Shown: positions 11,868 through 22,041 of the stretch, piece by piece
How positions within the stretch are numbered: the first letter of the stretch is position 1
Layout of the letters: every line of letters begins with the position of its first letter
From: an uncultured Acidobacteriota bacterium
GTDB lineage: Bacteria > Acidobacteriota > Terriglobia > UBA7540
Direction of reading: 5' to 3'
Length of the DNA stretch: 64,000 nt
NCBI GenBank assembly: GCA_963804995.1
Contig: CAWDSK010000001.1
Span: forward strand, 192,001 to 256,000
Made by a program: the position numbers and the translations under genes
Notes under the pieces: generated by a model
Seen by the model: only the letters and a program-made list of their open reading frames with translations
Told to the model about the DNA's origin: nothing
Databases searched by the model: none

Positions 11868-12968
11868 ATGAACCGCCCTCACTCCACCACTCTTGCCTTC
11901 TTCGTCCTGGCTCTCGTTGCCACCCAGACCTCTGTCGGCACGGCCTCTGCGCCACAGCAAGCCAAAGTTCCGGACGAAGTCGTGACCCTCCAGAAGCAAA
12001 ACCGCTCGCACCTCCAACTGCAAATCCACGATCATCCGGTAGACGTTTACCTCTTCGCTGAAGACGAGAAGATGGACGTCCTGAGTTCCGCCTCCTGCGG
12101 AGGCGACGAAGATGCGAAGCAGTTTACCGGCCATTATCAGCTTGTGAGCGTAGCCGGGAATGCCGTGGTCTCCAAGCTTGACCTTGACCCCGAAGATACC
12201 TTTATTGAGAACAAGCTTCACGACGGCGCCAGGCTCCTTCATGATGCGAAGACCGGCCAGTACTTCATCGTGGTTTTTCAATACGGGACTTGCAACAATG
12301 AAAGCGTCCAGTTCTTTTCGGTCGACCTCTCCGGCAATCTCTTTTTGATTCCCTTCCTGGATAAAGATAACCGCATTTGGAAACAGATGGTGACGGGGCC
12401 AACCGGCGCCATTGCCCACCTTGCTGACGGCTCGTCGGTGTTTTGCACTTACGCCAACGACAATGGATATAATTTCTGCGAGGCCTACACGTTCGACGGT
12501 GCGAATTTTCGAGAAACCGCGAAGTGGATGACCCAGGACCTGGCCGATCCGCTGAAAGGATTTGACGCCGTAGGGCAAGCCAGACGCGCGCTCTTTGAGT
12601 TTCTCTCCGAACTCCTGGTTAAAAACTATCCCGCCGCGGGCTACTACTTCGCCGGGAAGCTGGATTTCCCTGGAGCGCCGCCCGACGCCGCCAACCCCGC
12701 ACAGAAAGCGAAAATCCTGGAAGCGTACTGCACCACCGCGGGCGGGCAATGCCTGATGCCGGCTCAAATCGAAAGCAAGACAGGCGCGGACGCCCAAGGC
12801 GCCCTGCCCTTTCAAGTTTCGTTCCAGACCTCGGACTTCAAACCTTTCCAGATCGGGGGTCGTTCGAGCTTTGAATTCCGCGTGGCCAAGACTGCCGAGG
12901 GCTTCAAGGTGCTCAACCTGCCACCCATGATCCCTACGCCACCACCGCCGGCAATAGGAAGGGAGTAG
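11868..12968 (+). CDS. Secreted hypothetical protein
   Basis: 366-aa ORF with signal peptide and six Cys; no family recognised. Confidence 0.7.
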   Translation: MNRPHSTTLAFFVLALVATQTSVGTASAPQQAKVPDEVVTLQKQNRSHLQLQIHDHPVDVYLFAEDEKMDVLSSASCGGDEDAKQFTGHYQLVSVAGNAVVSKLDLDPEDTFIENKLHDGARLLHDAKTGQYFIVVFQYGTCNNESVQFFSVDLSGNLFLIPFLDKDNRIWKQMVTGPTGAIAHLADGSSVFCTYANDNGYNFCEAYTFDGANFRETAKWMTQDLADPLKGFDAVGQARRALFEFLSELLVKNYPAAGYYFAGKLDFPGAPPDAANPAQKAKILEAYCTTAGGQCLMPAQIESKTGADAQGALPFQVSFQTSDFKPFQIGGRSSFEFRVAKTAEGFKVLNLPPMIPTPPPPAIGRE

Positions 12969-13015
12969 GCAGTGGGCAGTAGGCAGTAGGCGGAAGGCAG
13001 TAGGCAGTAGGCAGT
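12963..13015 (+). repeat. Heptamer tandem repeat (GGCAGTA)n
   Basis: About 7 imperfect GGCAGTA units directly visible. Confidence 0.85.
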
Positions 13016-13087
13016 CCTTTTAACCCATCGTGTCTGCTTGCCGGGTGATTGAAGAAAAAGTGCAGTCTGGTTGAAGTAGCTTTGTTC

Positions 13088-13150
13088 GCCCGATCACCGG
13101 ATCTCCCGATCTCCTGATCCCCCGATCTCCCGATCGCCGGATCTCCCGAT
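13088..13150 (+). repeat. Octamer tandem repeat (CCCGATCT)n
   Basis: About 8 imperfect CCCGATCT/CCGGATCT units. Confidence 0.8.
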
Positions 13151-13151
13151 T

Positions 13152-14435
13152 TTATTCACGACGATAAACGATGCGGCCCCCCACGATCGTGGCGGTCACT
13201 GCTCCCCGGAAGGTGCGGCCATCGAAGGGTGAGTTGCGGCTCTTTGAGCGGCCTTCCGCGGCCCGATAGACCCACTCGAGGTCGGGATTGAAGATGGTGA
13301 TGTCCGCCACACCGCCGGCCTTTAAACGGCCGAGCGGCTGGTTGATGAGGCGCGCGGGGTTCGAGCTTAACAACGAAACCAAATGCCACAGCGAGATTAG
13401 GCCTGCGTGCACAAGCTCCGTGAGCGCCAGGCCCAACGCGGTTTCAAGACCGATGATGCCGAAGGGCGCGTCGGCCGCGAGGAGCTTTGCCTTCAGCTCC
13501 GGCGCGTGCGGAGCGTGGTCCGTGGCGATGGCGTCCACCGTACCGTCGGCAATGCCCGCCCGGATCGCGTCCACATCCGCCGCGCTACGCAGAGGAGGAT
13601 TCATCTTGGCGTTGGTCCCGTGCGCGACGACCGCCTGATCCGTCAGCGTGAAGTGATGTGGAGTCACTTCACAGGTGACGCGCACGCCCCGGCGCTTGGC
13701 CTGGCGCACCAGGTCAAGCGCGCCGGCGGTGGAAAGATGCGCGACGTGCAGGCGGCCGCCCGTGGCTTCAGCCATCATCAGGTCGCGCGCTACGCACACA
13801 TCTTCAGAGGCATTGGGAATTCCCCGCACGCCGAGCTGGGCCGCCACGGGGCCCTCGTTCATAACGCCCCCGGCACTGAGGCTGGGGTCCTCGCAATGAT
13901 CGTTGATGGCCACGCCCAGGTCGCGGGTTTGCTCCAGCGCGCGCCGCAGCAGGCCCGCCGTTTTCACCGGACGCCCGTCGTCAGAGAAAGCCACCGCGCC
14001 CGCCTCCACCAGCGCCGCGAAGTCCGTGAGCGATTCACCCTGACTCGCCATGGAAACGGCAGCCGTGGGAAAGAGCCGCGCCAGGCCCAGGCTGCGAGCC
14101 TTCTGGATTTGCGCGCGCACCAGTTCCGGCCGGTCGATCACGGGCTTAGTGTTGGGCATGGTCGAGACGGCCGTGAAGCCCCCTGCAACCGCCGCGGCCA
14201 TGCCGGTTTCGATGGTTTCAGAGATCTCGCCGCCGGGCTCGCGAAAGTGTACGTGAATATCCACGAAGCCGGGGGCAACCACGTTCCCGCGCGCCTCGAA
14301 GGTCTCATCCGCTGTGCCCCCGAGGTTCGGCGCAATCTCGCGAATCACGCCATCTTCAATGCGTACGTCCAATTCGCCGTCTAAGCCGTCTTCAGGCGAC
14401 AGCACGCGGCCGCCTTTAATCAATAGGGAAGCCAT
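13152..14435 (-). CDS. pyrC: Dihydroorotase
   Basis: PGFVDIHVHFREPG, MPNTKP, KMNPPLR, IATDHAPH, SKSRNSPF. Confidence 0.95.
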   Translation of the reverse strand: MASLLIKGGRVLSPEDGLDGELDVRIEDGVIREIAPNLGGTADETFEARGNVVAPGFVDIHVHFREPGGEISETIETGMAAAVAGGFTAVSTMPNTKPVIDRPELVRAQIQKARSLGLARLFPTAAVSMASQGESLTDFAALVEAGAVAFSDDGRPVKTAGLLRRALEQTRDLGVAINDHCEDPSLSAGGVMNEGPVAAQLGVRGIPNASEDVCVARDLMMAEATGGRLHVAHLSTAGALDLVRQAKRRGVRVTCEVTPHHFTLTDQAVVAHGTNAKMNPPLRSAADVDAIRAGIADGTVDAIATDHAPHAPELKAKLLAADAPFGIIGLETALGLALTELVHAGLISLWHLVSLLSSNPARLINQPLGRLKAGGVADITIFNPDLEWVYRAAEGRSKSRNSPFDGRTFRGAVTATIVGGRIVYRRE

Positions 14436-14564
14436 GAGGTCCTCAACAGATTCGATTTGATGGGCAATGAGTATAGCACTGCACCCTGCGCCCCTCCGGG
14501 GTCTTCAATGGATTTTTCATCCTCAGCTTCCTGCCGGTTGATCCCGGCGCACTAACCCCATTTC

Positions 14565-14823
14565 TTTTCATCAACATAATGGGTTAGCTACGCTAACTAG
14601 CTTATTTTTCATAAACATAATGGGTTAGCTCAAAACTGACATTTTTTCTACATGTGTTTTCAATAACATAATGGGTTCATCCTTCATTTTTAATTCCCCC
14701 TTTTTTTGCTGCACCCACTTCCATTTTCTAACTAACTTATTTAATTTCAAATACATATAAGTTATGACATTTTTGCCATTTTACCGCTAAGTACTTTTGT
14801 TTTCTAATACATCATGGGTTAGA
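14565..14823 (+). repeat. AT-rich region with four TTTTC-N4-ACAT(A/C)ATGGGTT repeats
   Basis: Copies at about 14565, 14606, 14657 and 14800 with irregular spacing. Confidence 0.75.
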
Positions 14824-14880
14824 AGGTCCTTTTCGCTTGCTTCCCAGGGTTCCTTTCTGAGCTCTCGGCGAAAAAGAGAT

Positions 14881-14961
14881 TCACCACAGAGGTCACAGAG
14901 ATCACAGAGTAGTGCGTCATCGGTCATTCTGTCCTCAGTGACCTCTGTGCTCCCTGTGGTT
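14881..14961. repeat. Inverted 9-mer repeat hairpin (CACAGAG-type)
   Basis: tcaccacagaggtcacagagatcacagag ... ctcagtgacctctgtgctccctgtggt; related arms at 17657-17791, 58011-58082 and 59204-59292. Confidence 0.75.
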
Positions 14962-15247
14962 AACCCGTTTTGGGGCTGCGGGCAAAGGCCGCGCCAAGTT
15001 AAGGCTTGCGGTGCACGGAGGTCACAGAGAAACAGCCTCCCGTCCCGTCCCATTTCACCAGGGCGCGCTTCCGTCCACTACAATGGTAACATTTCTAGAA
15101 TGGGTAATGTCAATACCAGGACGTACGATTTGGGCTACCGGTAGCCCAAAAATGCACCGAAGGTGGCGAATTGTCCGGAATGCACTTTAGACCCACTGCG
15201 GTTCACTCAAACTTCGTCAAGGCGACTGTCCCCTGCTTGCCCCTCGA

Positions 15248-15381
15248 ACCCCCTCACCCCCGGCCCCTCTGTCGCCGCCAGCGTCTTCATCAGCCGGGGC
15301 GGGCCGGGCCTACGCCCACCGAAGGGACTCTTGGGAACCGCAAACGACTTCGGCTTCGGCCCGCAGGCGGGTGAGGGGGTC
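15248..15381. repeat. REP-like palindromic element carrying a 63-bp internal insertion (15308-15370)
   Basis: Same family as 46935-47077 and 60083-60224; extra segment gcctacgcccaccgaagg...cttcggcccgcaggcgg. Confidence 0.75.
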
Positions 15382-15389
15382 TCCCAACA

Positions 15390-16064
15390 TTAGGCCGGCG
15401 ATACATTCGGGAACAGTGGCAGCAAGCAGTCCTTTACTGGCTGGTAGGTCTTGCGATGCTCCGGGCAGGGGCCGAAGCGCGTGAGCGCGGCAAGGTGCTC
15501 GCGCGTGCCGTAGCCTTTGTTCCTGGCGAGGCCGTATTGGGGATAGACGCGGTCGAGTTGCGCCAGGTGCTCGTCACGAGCCACTTTGGCGAGTATCGAC
15601 GCGGCGGCGATTGAAACCGAGCGCGCGTCACCATGAATCAGGGCGCGGTGGGGAATGAAGAACTCGACGCCCGCTTCGCGGAGCGGCATGGCATCGGTAA
15701 GGATGAAATCGGGCGCCGGGTTGAGTGCTTTGAGCGCTCGCAGCATCCCTTGACGCGAGGCTTCGTAAACATTTAGCGCGTCCACTTCCTCGGCGGAAAC
15801 GGCCACGACTCGCCACGCCAGGGCTTCGACGCGAATCTCCTCCGCCAGGCGCTCGCGCTCGCGTGCCGTAAGCTTTTTGGAATCGTCAATGCCGGAGATG
15901 GTTTTCGCAGGATCAAGGATGACGGCGGCGGCGTAAAGCGGGCCAAGGAGCGCGCCGCGGCCGGCCTCGTCACATCCGGCAATGAACCGGCGGCCCTGGC
16001 GCAGGGCCAGCGCCTCAAGCTGCCGCGTGCATCGAAGTTCCGCAGGGTCGCGTAGACGGGGCAT
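15390..16064 (-). CDS. rnhB: Ribonuclease HII
   Basis: GCDEAGRG, DDSKKL, SIAAASILAKVARD, NKGYGT. Confidence 0.95.
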   Translation of the reverse strand: MPRLRDPAELRCTRQLEALALRQGRRFIAGCDEAGRGALLGPLYAAAVILDPAKTISGIDDSKKLTARERERLAEEIRVEALAWRVVAVSAEEVDALNVYEASRQGMLRALKALNPAPDFILTDAMPLREAGVEFFIPHRALIHGDARSVSIAAASILAKVARDEHLAQLDRVYPQYGLARNKGYGTREHLAALTRFGPCPEHRKTYQPVKDCLLPLFPNVSPA

Positions 16065-16479
16065 ATTCAATTTTGGATTTTAGATTTTGGATTCTAGATT
16101 TGCAAGGCGCGCAGTGGGAGGGTGGTATCCTAGTTTGGAAAGAAGCCCCAAATGACCCCTCACCCGTCCCGCCCCGGCTGATGAAGGCGCCGGCTGCGGT
16201 CCACCCTCTCCCCTCGGAGAGGGCGGTTACTCAAGGTGAGGCGCTGCGCCGTAGCCACCCTGAGATCATAGCCTTCTCCCCAGGGGTCGCAGATCCGCCG
16301 TGGCGGAAGAAGGTGGCTGACGGAGGAGGCCGGATGAGGGGTTACTTACACCGGCAGGGCGTCGAAACAATTTGCAACTTATGAAATCAAAAACCAGTAA
16401 CCCGGCGCTACGTCAAACTAGGACACTACCAGTGGGAGGGTGGACGATCGTGCCGGCCCTCCCACTGTAACCTGCACGC

Positions 16480-17205
16480 TCAGTGCTGTGCCTGCGGTTT
16501 TCGCAAGAAGGGCGCCGCTCCGATAAACAGTGCGATGGCTGGCAGCAGGACCCAATTGGCCAAGAGAATGAGGAAACCGGTTATGAACTCGACGAACGAG
16601 TGACCTGTCAGCGAAAAACTGATGGGCCTGTGGTAGTGCACCGCCATGACCATTCCAATGGGCCAAGCGATAAACGGAATAAAAATTAGAAAAAACCCGA
16701 GCATGCCGAGAGACGGAGCCAGCGCCGCCAGCATCCGATGAAGAGCCTTGCCCCCCGCGAGTTGCGACCAGAAGGCCGCCACAGCGCCGACGACGGGGAG
16801 GGCGATGAGCCAGGGGACATAAAAGGCGAAAAAGGCGTGATATGTACCCGGCTCTCCACTCAGCCAGTAGAAACGCGGCTCAAGGCCGGCATGTTGGAAA
16901 ACAGCCAGCAGGCCGCTGCTGATCGCGAGCGCACACATTGCCGGCAGCCAGAAAACCTTGGTGCGGTAATTCATGATTGCCTCCTCAGCTTCCGCTGCAA
17001 GGATTTCCTCGCGAAGTTTGAGCCAGTTGGACACGGAATCAAGAACCTCTCGGGCGGCTGTATCTTTCGCCACCCCGCGTGCTTCGAGGGCCGCGGCCTG
17101 GTCCTCTAGATGCTCGCCGAGTTCGCGCAGAATCTCATCCTCCCGGCGGGGCGCCAGCCCCAATTCACCCAAACGCATTTTGAGAAGCTCGCGGTTATCC
17201 GGCAT
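16480..17205 (-). CDS. Membrane protein with N-terminal permease-prefix-like (EILRELGEHLED) domain
   Basis: Overlaps the padR stop; helical N-terminus followed by several TM segments. Confidence 0.75.
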   Translation of the reverse strand: MPDNRELLKMRLGELGLAPRREDEILRELGEHLEDQAAALEARGVAKDTAAREVLDSVSNWLKLREEILAAEAEEAIMNYRTKVFWLPAMCALAISSGLLAVFQHAGLEPRFYWLSGEPGTYHAFFAFYVPWLIALPVVGAVAAFWSQLAGGKALHRMLAALAPSLGMLGFFLIFIPFIAWPIGMVMAVHYHRPISFSLTGHSFVEFITGFLILLANWVLLPAIALFIGAAPFLRKPQAQH

Positions 17206-17536
17206 TTGCGACTCCAGCGATGCGATGCAGCGCCTGGAAAAACAAACCCCATTCCGCGCGTAACGGCGACAGTTGCTTCTTGCCGCCTCGGGTCAGGTGG
17301 TAGTAGCGGCGCTTGCGGCCACTCTTCGCCTCCTCCCACTTTCCCTTCACCCAACCGCGCCTCTCCATCCGATAAAGCAGCGGGTAGAGCGAGGCCAGGT
17401 TGAACTGGAGGACGCCGCCGGTTACCTCAGCAATGCGCTTCGAGATTTCGTAGCCGTGCAAAGGCTCCTGGTTCAAAAGCGCGAGGATGGCCAATTCCCC
17501 GCTGCCGCGTTTGATTTTCGTGTCGATTCCGGTCAC
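17195..17536 (-). CDS. PadR-family transcriptional regulator
   Basis: LHGYEI, SLYPLLYRME, RKRRYYHLT. Confidence 0.9.
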   Translation of the reverse strand: MTGIDTKIKRGSGELAILALLNQEPLHGYEISKRIAEVTGGVLQFNLASLYPLLYRMERRGWVKGKWEEAKSGRKRRYYHLTRGGKKQLSPLRAEWGLFFQALHRIAGVANAG

Positions 17537-17545
17537 GGTTGCTCC

Positions 17546-17564
17546 TATAGATGTGAATCCTATA
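17546..17564. promoter_or_regulatory. Candidate PadR operator (TATAG-N9-CTATA)
   Basis: Inverted repeat just upstream of the padR RBS. Confidence 0.4.
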
Positions 17565-17812
17565 TATAGGGCGCAGCGATGTCAAGAGGAAATTTCGATT
17601 TAGAATTTTGGATTAGAGGGGCGGGCTGCTACGGAATAAACTCCGAAATCCCTGCTTACCGCAGAGGCACGGAGACGCAGAGAAGGCACGGTGTCAGGTA
17701 TGCGGCGCCAGGTGTCAGGGAAACCGGGATTCGGATCCCCGACACCTGGAACGTGAAAGCTTTTCTCCGCGTCTCAGGGTCTCCGCGGTGAGGTAAGCGG
17801 TTGCCGGACGCG

Positions 17813-18169
17813 CTATGCTTCCTGTTCGGTTTGCACTTCGCGCAGGCGAGCGGCCTTGCCCCGCAGCTTGCGGAGGTAATAAAGCTTGGCGCGGCGCACC
17901 CGGCCGGAGCGCACCACTTCGACCTTGTCCACGATGGGAGAGTGCAAGGGGAAGATGCGTTCCACGCCGTGGCCGAAGGAAATCTTGCGGACCGTAAAGG
18001 TGGAGTGATTGCGCGCGCGGCGCTGGCCAATCACGGTGCCTTCAAAGACCTGGATTCTTTCCTTATCGCCTTCCTTGATTTTGACGTGCACCTTCACCGT
18101 ATCGCCGGGGCGAAACGAGGGGACGTCCTTCTTCATCTGCGATTGTTCAACTTTTTCAAGCGCGTTCAT
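17813..18169 (-). CDS. rplS: 50S ribosomal protein L19
   Basis: [38 protein letters not shown]. Confidence 0.97.
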   Translation of the reverse strand: MNALEKVEQSQMKKDVPSFRPGDTVKVHVKIKEGDKERIQVFEGTVIGQRRARNHSTFTVRKISFGHGVERIFPLHSPIVDKVEVVRSGRVRRAKLYYLRKLRGKAARLREVQTEQEA

Positions 18170-18317
18170 GTTTCGATTCTCCCAAACTTTCGAGCGCAAC
18201 TGAGGGGCAGGATTTTACCCTTGCCGTCCCGGCCTCGAAACAAAAATTTAAAGGCTTCAAGCTTTTCCATCTGGCGGGGCTCAATTCCTGCCCTGCCGTC
18301 AACCCTCACTACTTCTG

Positions 18318-18428
18318 GGTGGTGTCTCAGTTTGATGATGTAGCGGCGAGTTTACCTCGCCATATGGCGGCGTCCCGATCAGATCGGGATGAATGCCGCC
18401 GCCTCTACATCAAACTGAGACACTACCT
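18318..18428. repeat. MITE-like element with GTGTCTCAGTTTGA inverted ends enclosing a REP hairpin
   Basis: ggtggtgtctcagtttga ... tcaaactgagacactacc; similar ends at 23877-23968 and a half-site near 16412. Confidence 0.65.
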
Positions 18429-18472
18429 ACTTCTTTCGCCCCTGCCGGGGCTCTCACAGGCCAACTCTTGGC

Positions 18473-19264
18473 TCACCCGGCGCGATTGACCGGTTCTTTC
18501 TCAGAGCACTTGAGTGAGTCCAACCACTCGCGATCTTCGTCACTCAGCGCGATCTGCACCAGCAAATCCGGCCGGCGCCGCCAGGTCTTTTCCAGCGCTC
18601 GCCGGCGCCGCCACTGGCGCACCTGCTGGTGGTTGCCGGAGAGTAAAACCTCCGGCACTTTCCAGTCGCGGAACTCCGCGGGGCGCGTGTAATGCGGGCA
18701 ATCCAGCAGCCCGTAGCGCATTTCCACCGGCGCATCTGCCGGAACCGCAAAGGAATCCTGCTCGCTTGATTCCTCGTTGCCCAGCACACCCGGCAGCAGG
18801 CGCGTCACCGCTTCCATAACCACGGCCGCGGCCAGCTCCCCACCACTCAAGACGAAGTCGCCGATGGAGATTTCATCGGTCGCCAGATTCTCCGCCACAC
18901 GCTCGTCCACACCTTCGTAACGGCCGCAAATCAAGACCAGCCGAGCTGAGTGCGAAAGCTCTTCCGCCACCGTCTGGGTCAACAAGCGTCCCTGGGGCGA
19001 AAGCAGAATCACCGGGAATTCTTTCTCCGGCGCTTCGGCCCTCAAGGCTTCCACGGCCCGGAAAATCGGCTCGGGCTTGAAAACCATGCCCGGGCCCCCG
19101 CCGAAGGGGCGATCATCCACCGTGCGATGACGGTCGTCGGTGAATTCCCGCAGATCATGCAGCCGAATCGTCGCCTGGCCACCCGCCATCGCCCGCTTGA
19201 GCAACCCGTGCTCCAGGATGCTGCGGAAGAAGTCCGGAAAAATGGTGATGACGTCAAAGGTCAT
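18473..19264 (-). CDS. trmD: tRNA (guanine-N1)-methyltransferase
   Basis: VDDRPFGGGPGMV, CGRYEGVDER, SIGDFVLSGGE, YTRP. Confidence 0.97.
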   Translation of the reverse strand: MTFDVITIFPDFFRSILEHGLLKRAMAGGQATIRLHDLREFTDDRHRTVDDRPFGGGPGMVFKPEPIFRAVEALRAEAPEKEFPVILLSPQGRLLTQTVAEELSHSARLVLICGRYEGVDERVAENLATDEISIGDFVLSGGELAAAVVMEAVTRLLPGVLGNEESSEQDSFAVPADAPVEMRYGLLDCPHYTRPAEFRDWKVPEVLLSGNHQQVRQWRRRRALEKTWRRRPDLLVQIALSDEDREWLDSLKCSEKEPVNRAG

Positions 19265-19374
19265 AAGTACAGGGGCTGGGGAAACAGCAAATGGTGAAGT
19301 ATAAAGTGTAAAGTTTTATGGAACTTAACCTTTAACCCATACCCTTTACACCTCACTATTCCCCAGCACCCGTC

Positions 19375-19959
19375 TTACTCGTTTAATTCCAGCAAATCCT
19401 CCGGCGGGTCGATGACGATCAGCTTGGCCGCGGGATCGATCCGGGTGCAGATTTCCTGCGCCAGGGGGATGAGCGCCTCACTTTTCCCGTCGCCGCGCGC
19501 GACATGCAGGACAGGCGTGCCGCCGGTAGATTCAACTTCGGTCACCGTCCCGATTTCCGTACCCTGCCGCTCCAGGACAACCTTGCATCCCTCAAGTTCC
19601 CACAGGTAGTAATGATGCTGGGGAAGCGGTATGCGCTCTTCCTGCGGGATGAGGACTTGAAACCCCCGCAGGCGGGAGGCGCTCTCGATGGAGTCTACTC
19701 CCGCAAGCTTCAAGATCATGCGGCCCTTGTGCGGCCAAGCGTGCTCAACCGTGACGGGCCGGGGGCTCTGGCCAGGCTCTTCCAGCAACGCCGACTGGAG
19801 CTTATCGAAGCGCGCGGGGAAATCCGTAAAGATCTCCGCCGCTACTTCTCCCTTGCGCCCCTGAGGCCGGAGAATGCGTGCGATGGTCAGAAATTTCCCG
19901 GCCGCGATATGCGCAACCTTTCTGCCGTCCCGCACGCCGCTTCTTGCCCCAGGTGGCAC
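19375..19959 (-). CDS. rimM: 16S rRNA processing protein RimM
   Basis: PQGRKGEV, YYLWELEGC; position between khpA and trmD. Confidence 0.9.
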   Translation of the reverse strand: MPPGARSGVRDGRKVAHIAAGKFLTIARILRPQGRKGEVAAEIFTDFPARFDKLQSALLEEPGQSPRPVTVEHAWPHKGRMILKLAGVDSIESASRLRGFQVLIPQEERIPLPQHHYYLWELEGCKVVLERQGTEIGTVTEVESTGGTPVLHVARGDGKSEALIPLAQEICTRIDPAAKLIVIDPPEDLLELNE

Positions 19960-19969
19960 GCCGGAACCC

Positions 19970-20200
19970 CTATTCCAGGATTTCCAGCGTGAAGCGCTTC
20001 TTGAGCTTCATCCCCGCGGCATTGAGAATGGTGCGGACCGAGCGGGCCGTCCTCCCCTGCTTTCCGATCACCTTCCCCAAGTCGGAGGGGTGCACCCGCA
20101 ATTCCAGCACGGTTATTTGTTCACCTTCCACGGCCCGCACTGAAACTTGGTCAGGGTTATCCACTAGCGCTTTGGCGATGGCTTCGATCAGCTCCTTCAT
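19970..20200 (-). CDS. khpA: KH-domain RNA-binding protein
   Basis: [29 protein letters not shown]. Confidence 0.92.
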   Translation of the reverse strand: MKELIEAIAKALVDNPDQVSVRAVEGEQITVLELRVHPSDLGKVIGKQGRTARSVRTILNAAGMKLKKRFTLEILE

Positions 20201-20318
20201 GTGGCCCTCCCGCGCACTCGAGTTGTGTTGCAAGAACCCCTTGGGAATCAGTGTGTGTGAGAACGCTGACCGCTCGTTAGGCGGGCGCCGCGACAAACGC
20301 CATGATCGCCTGCGGAAT

Positions 20319-20567
20319 TCAGGCCGGCACGACAGGAGGCGGCTGCTTCAGGAAACTTTCGACGGTCTCCGAAGGCTGCGCCCCGCGTCCGATCCAATAA
20401 TCCACGCGCTCGCGATTCAATACGATCTCCGGTGGCGTTCGCCGAGGGTTGTAATGCCCCAGGATCTCCACGAAGCGTCCATTCCGCGCTCGTTCGCGAT
20501 CAATCACCACGACTCTGAAACTACCCTTCTTTTTGGCTCCGGTTCGAGCCAGGCGTATCCTTAACAA
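20319..20567 (-). CDS. rpsP: 30S ribosomal protein S16
   Basis: [32 protein letters not shown]. Confidence 0.95.
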   Translation of the reverse strand: MLRIRLARTGAKKKGSFRVVVIDRERARNGRFVEILGHYNPRRTPPEIVLNRERVDYWIGRGAQPSETVESFLKQPPPVVPA

Positions 20568-20691
20568 TCTTCCCCCTTCTCCGACAGTATTACTAAATTG
20601 CGGCGGCCCGCCCGAGCGAACCTCCCGCTGTCACCATAAGAGTTCGAAATAAAAAACTGTGCCGCGAGCCCGGTTTCGCGCGCCCTGGGGA

Positions 20692-22041
20692 TTATCCCAC
20701 CCCCGGCCGCGCCGGCATTTGCAACCGGCTCAGTCCACGTCCCAGCAGGCTCTGACTCATGGACTTCATCATTTTGCGCATTTGGAAATATTGTTTCAAG
20801 ACCTGATTCACCTGTTGGACCGAGGTGCCGCTGCCCTTGGCGATGCGCTTGCGGCGCTTGCCGTTGATGATTTCGTGATTGCGGCGCTCCTGCGCGGTCA
20901 TGGAATTGATGATCGCTTCGATGTGAACCAGTTCCTTGTCGTCCACGTGGACCTTTCCCGCATCCTTGAAAATGCCCACCTTGGGGAGCATGCCGAGCAT
21001 CTGGTCCATGGGCCCCATCTTGCGCACCTGGTGAAGCTGATCGCGGAAGTCTGCGAGCGTGAAGGTATCGGTCTGGAGCTTGCGGTGGACTTCGAGCGCC
21101 TGCTGCTTATCGATCTTCTCTTCGGCTTTTTCAATGAGCGAAAGGATGTCGCCCATGCCGAGAATGCGAGAAACGATGCGCTCTGGATAAAAAACTTCGA
21201 GCTGATCGTATTTTTCGCCGAGACCCATGAACTTGATGGGCTGGCCGGTGACGTGTTGAATGGAAAGCGCCGCGCCCCCGCGCGCATCGCCATCGAGCTT
21301 GGTGAGGATCACGCCCGTGGTGCCCAGCCGCTCGTGGAATTCCTGCGCGCTGCGCACGGCGTCCTGGCCGATCATGCCGTCGGCCACCAGCAGGACTTCG
21401 CTCGGCCGCAACTTGGTGCGCAGCTCGCTGACCTCGTTCATCAAGGCTTCGTCGATGTGCAGGCGGCCGGCGGTGTCAACAATCAACACATCGTGACCGC
21501 GGTCGGCAGCGTCTTTGCGCGCCGCCATGGCCAATTGGATGGGTGAGTTCATTCCCTCACCGGCGAAAACCGGAACCCCCACCGCCTTGGCGATCACCGC
21601 CAACTGCTCACGCGCGGCAGGGCGGTAAACGTCCGTCGAAACCAGCATGGGGCGCCGCTTGCGTCCGGCGAGCCAGAGCGCCAGCTTGCCGGACGTGGTC
21701 GTCTTGCCGGACCCTTGCAAACCCACCATGAGGTAGACGGTAGGGAAATCTTTGGAGAAGCTCAGCAGCGACGCATCGCGGCCGAGAATCTGAATCAACT
21801 CGTCGCGCACAATGCGGATGACTTCCTGCACAGGAGAGAAGCTGGAGCGCACTTCTTCTCCCAGCGCTTTAACCCGCACGCGGTCGAGCAATTCCTTAAC
21901 GACTTTGAGATTGACGTTGGCTTCAAGGAGGGCCAGGCGCACCTCTCGCAGGGTCTGGTCCACCACCTCTTCGGTGAGGATTCCCTGGATGCGCAACGTC
22001 TTAAAAACGCGTTGTAGCCGATCTTGAAGTGCGTCAAACAT
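20692..22041 (-). CDS. ffh: Signal recognition particle protein
   Basis: GLQGSGKTTT, DTAGR, TKLDGDARGGAA, M-domain RRKRIAKGSG. Confidence 0.97.
   Translation of the reverse strand: MFDALQDRLQRVFKTLRIQGILTEEVVDQTLREVRLALLEANVNLKVVKELLDRVRVKALGEEVRSSFSPVQEVIRIVRDELIQILGRDASLLSFSKDFPTVYLMVGLQGSGKTTTSGKLALWLAGRKRRPMLVSTDVYRPAAREQLAVIAKAVGVPVFAGEGMNSPIQLAMAARKDAADRGHDVLIVDTAGRLHIDEALMNEVSELRTKLRPSEVLLVADGMIGQDAVRSAQEFHERLGTTGVILTKLDGDARGGAALSIQHVTGQPIKFMGLGEKYDQLEVFYPERIVSRILGMGDILSLIEKAEEKIDKQQALEVHRKLQTDTFTLADFRDQLHQVRKMGPMDQMLGMLPKVGIFKDAGKVHVDDKELVHIEAIINSMTAQERRNHEIINGKRRKRIAKGSGTSVQQVNQVLKQYFQMRKMMKSMSQSLLGRGLSRLQMPARPGVG

Noticed and set aside
11736..12815. Long antisense or overlapping ORFs (e.g. 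11736-12815, 41176-42411, 8221-9174, 13407-14384, 56328-57392)
   Set aside because: These are shadow ORFs expected in GC-rich DNA overlapping well-supported genes.
14565..14823. CRISPR array
   Set aside because: Spacing is irregular, the repeats are degenerate, and no cas genes are present.
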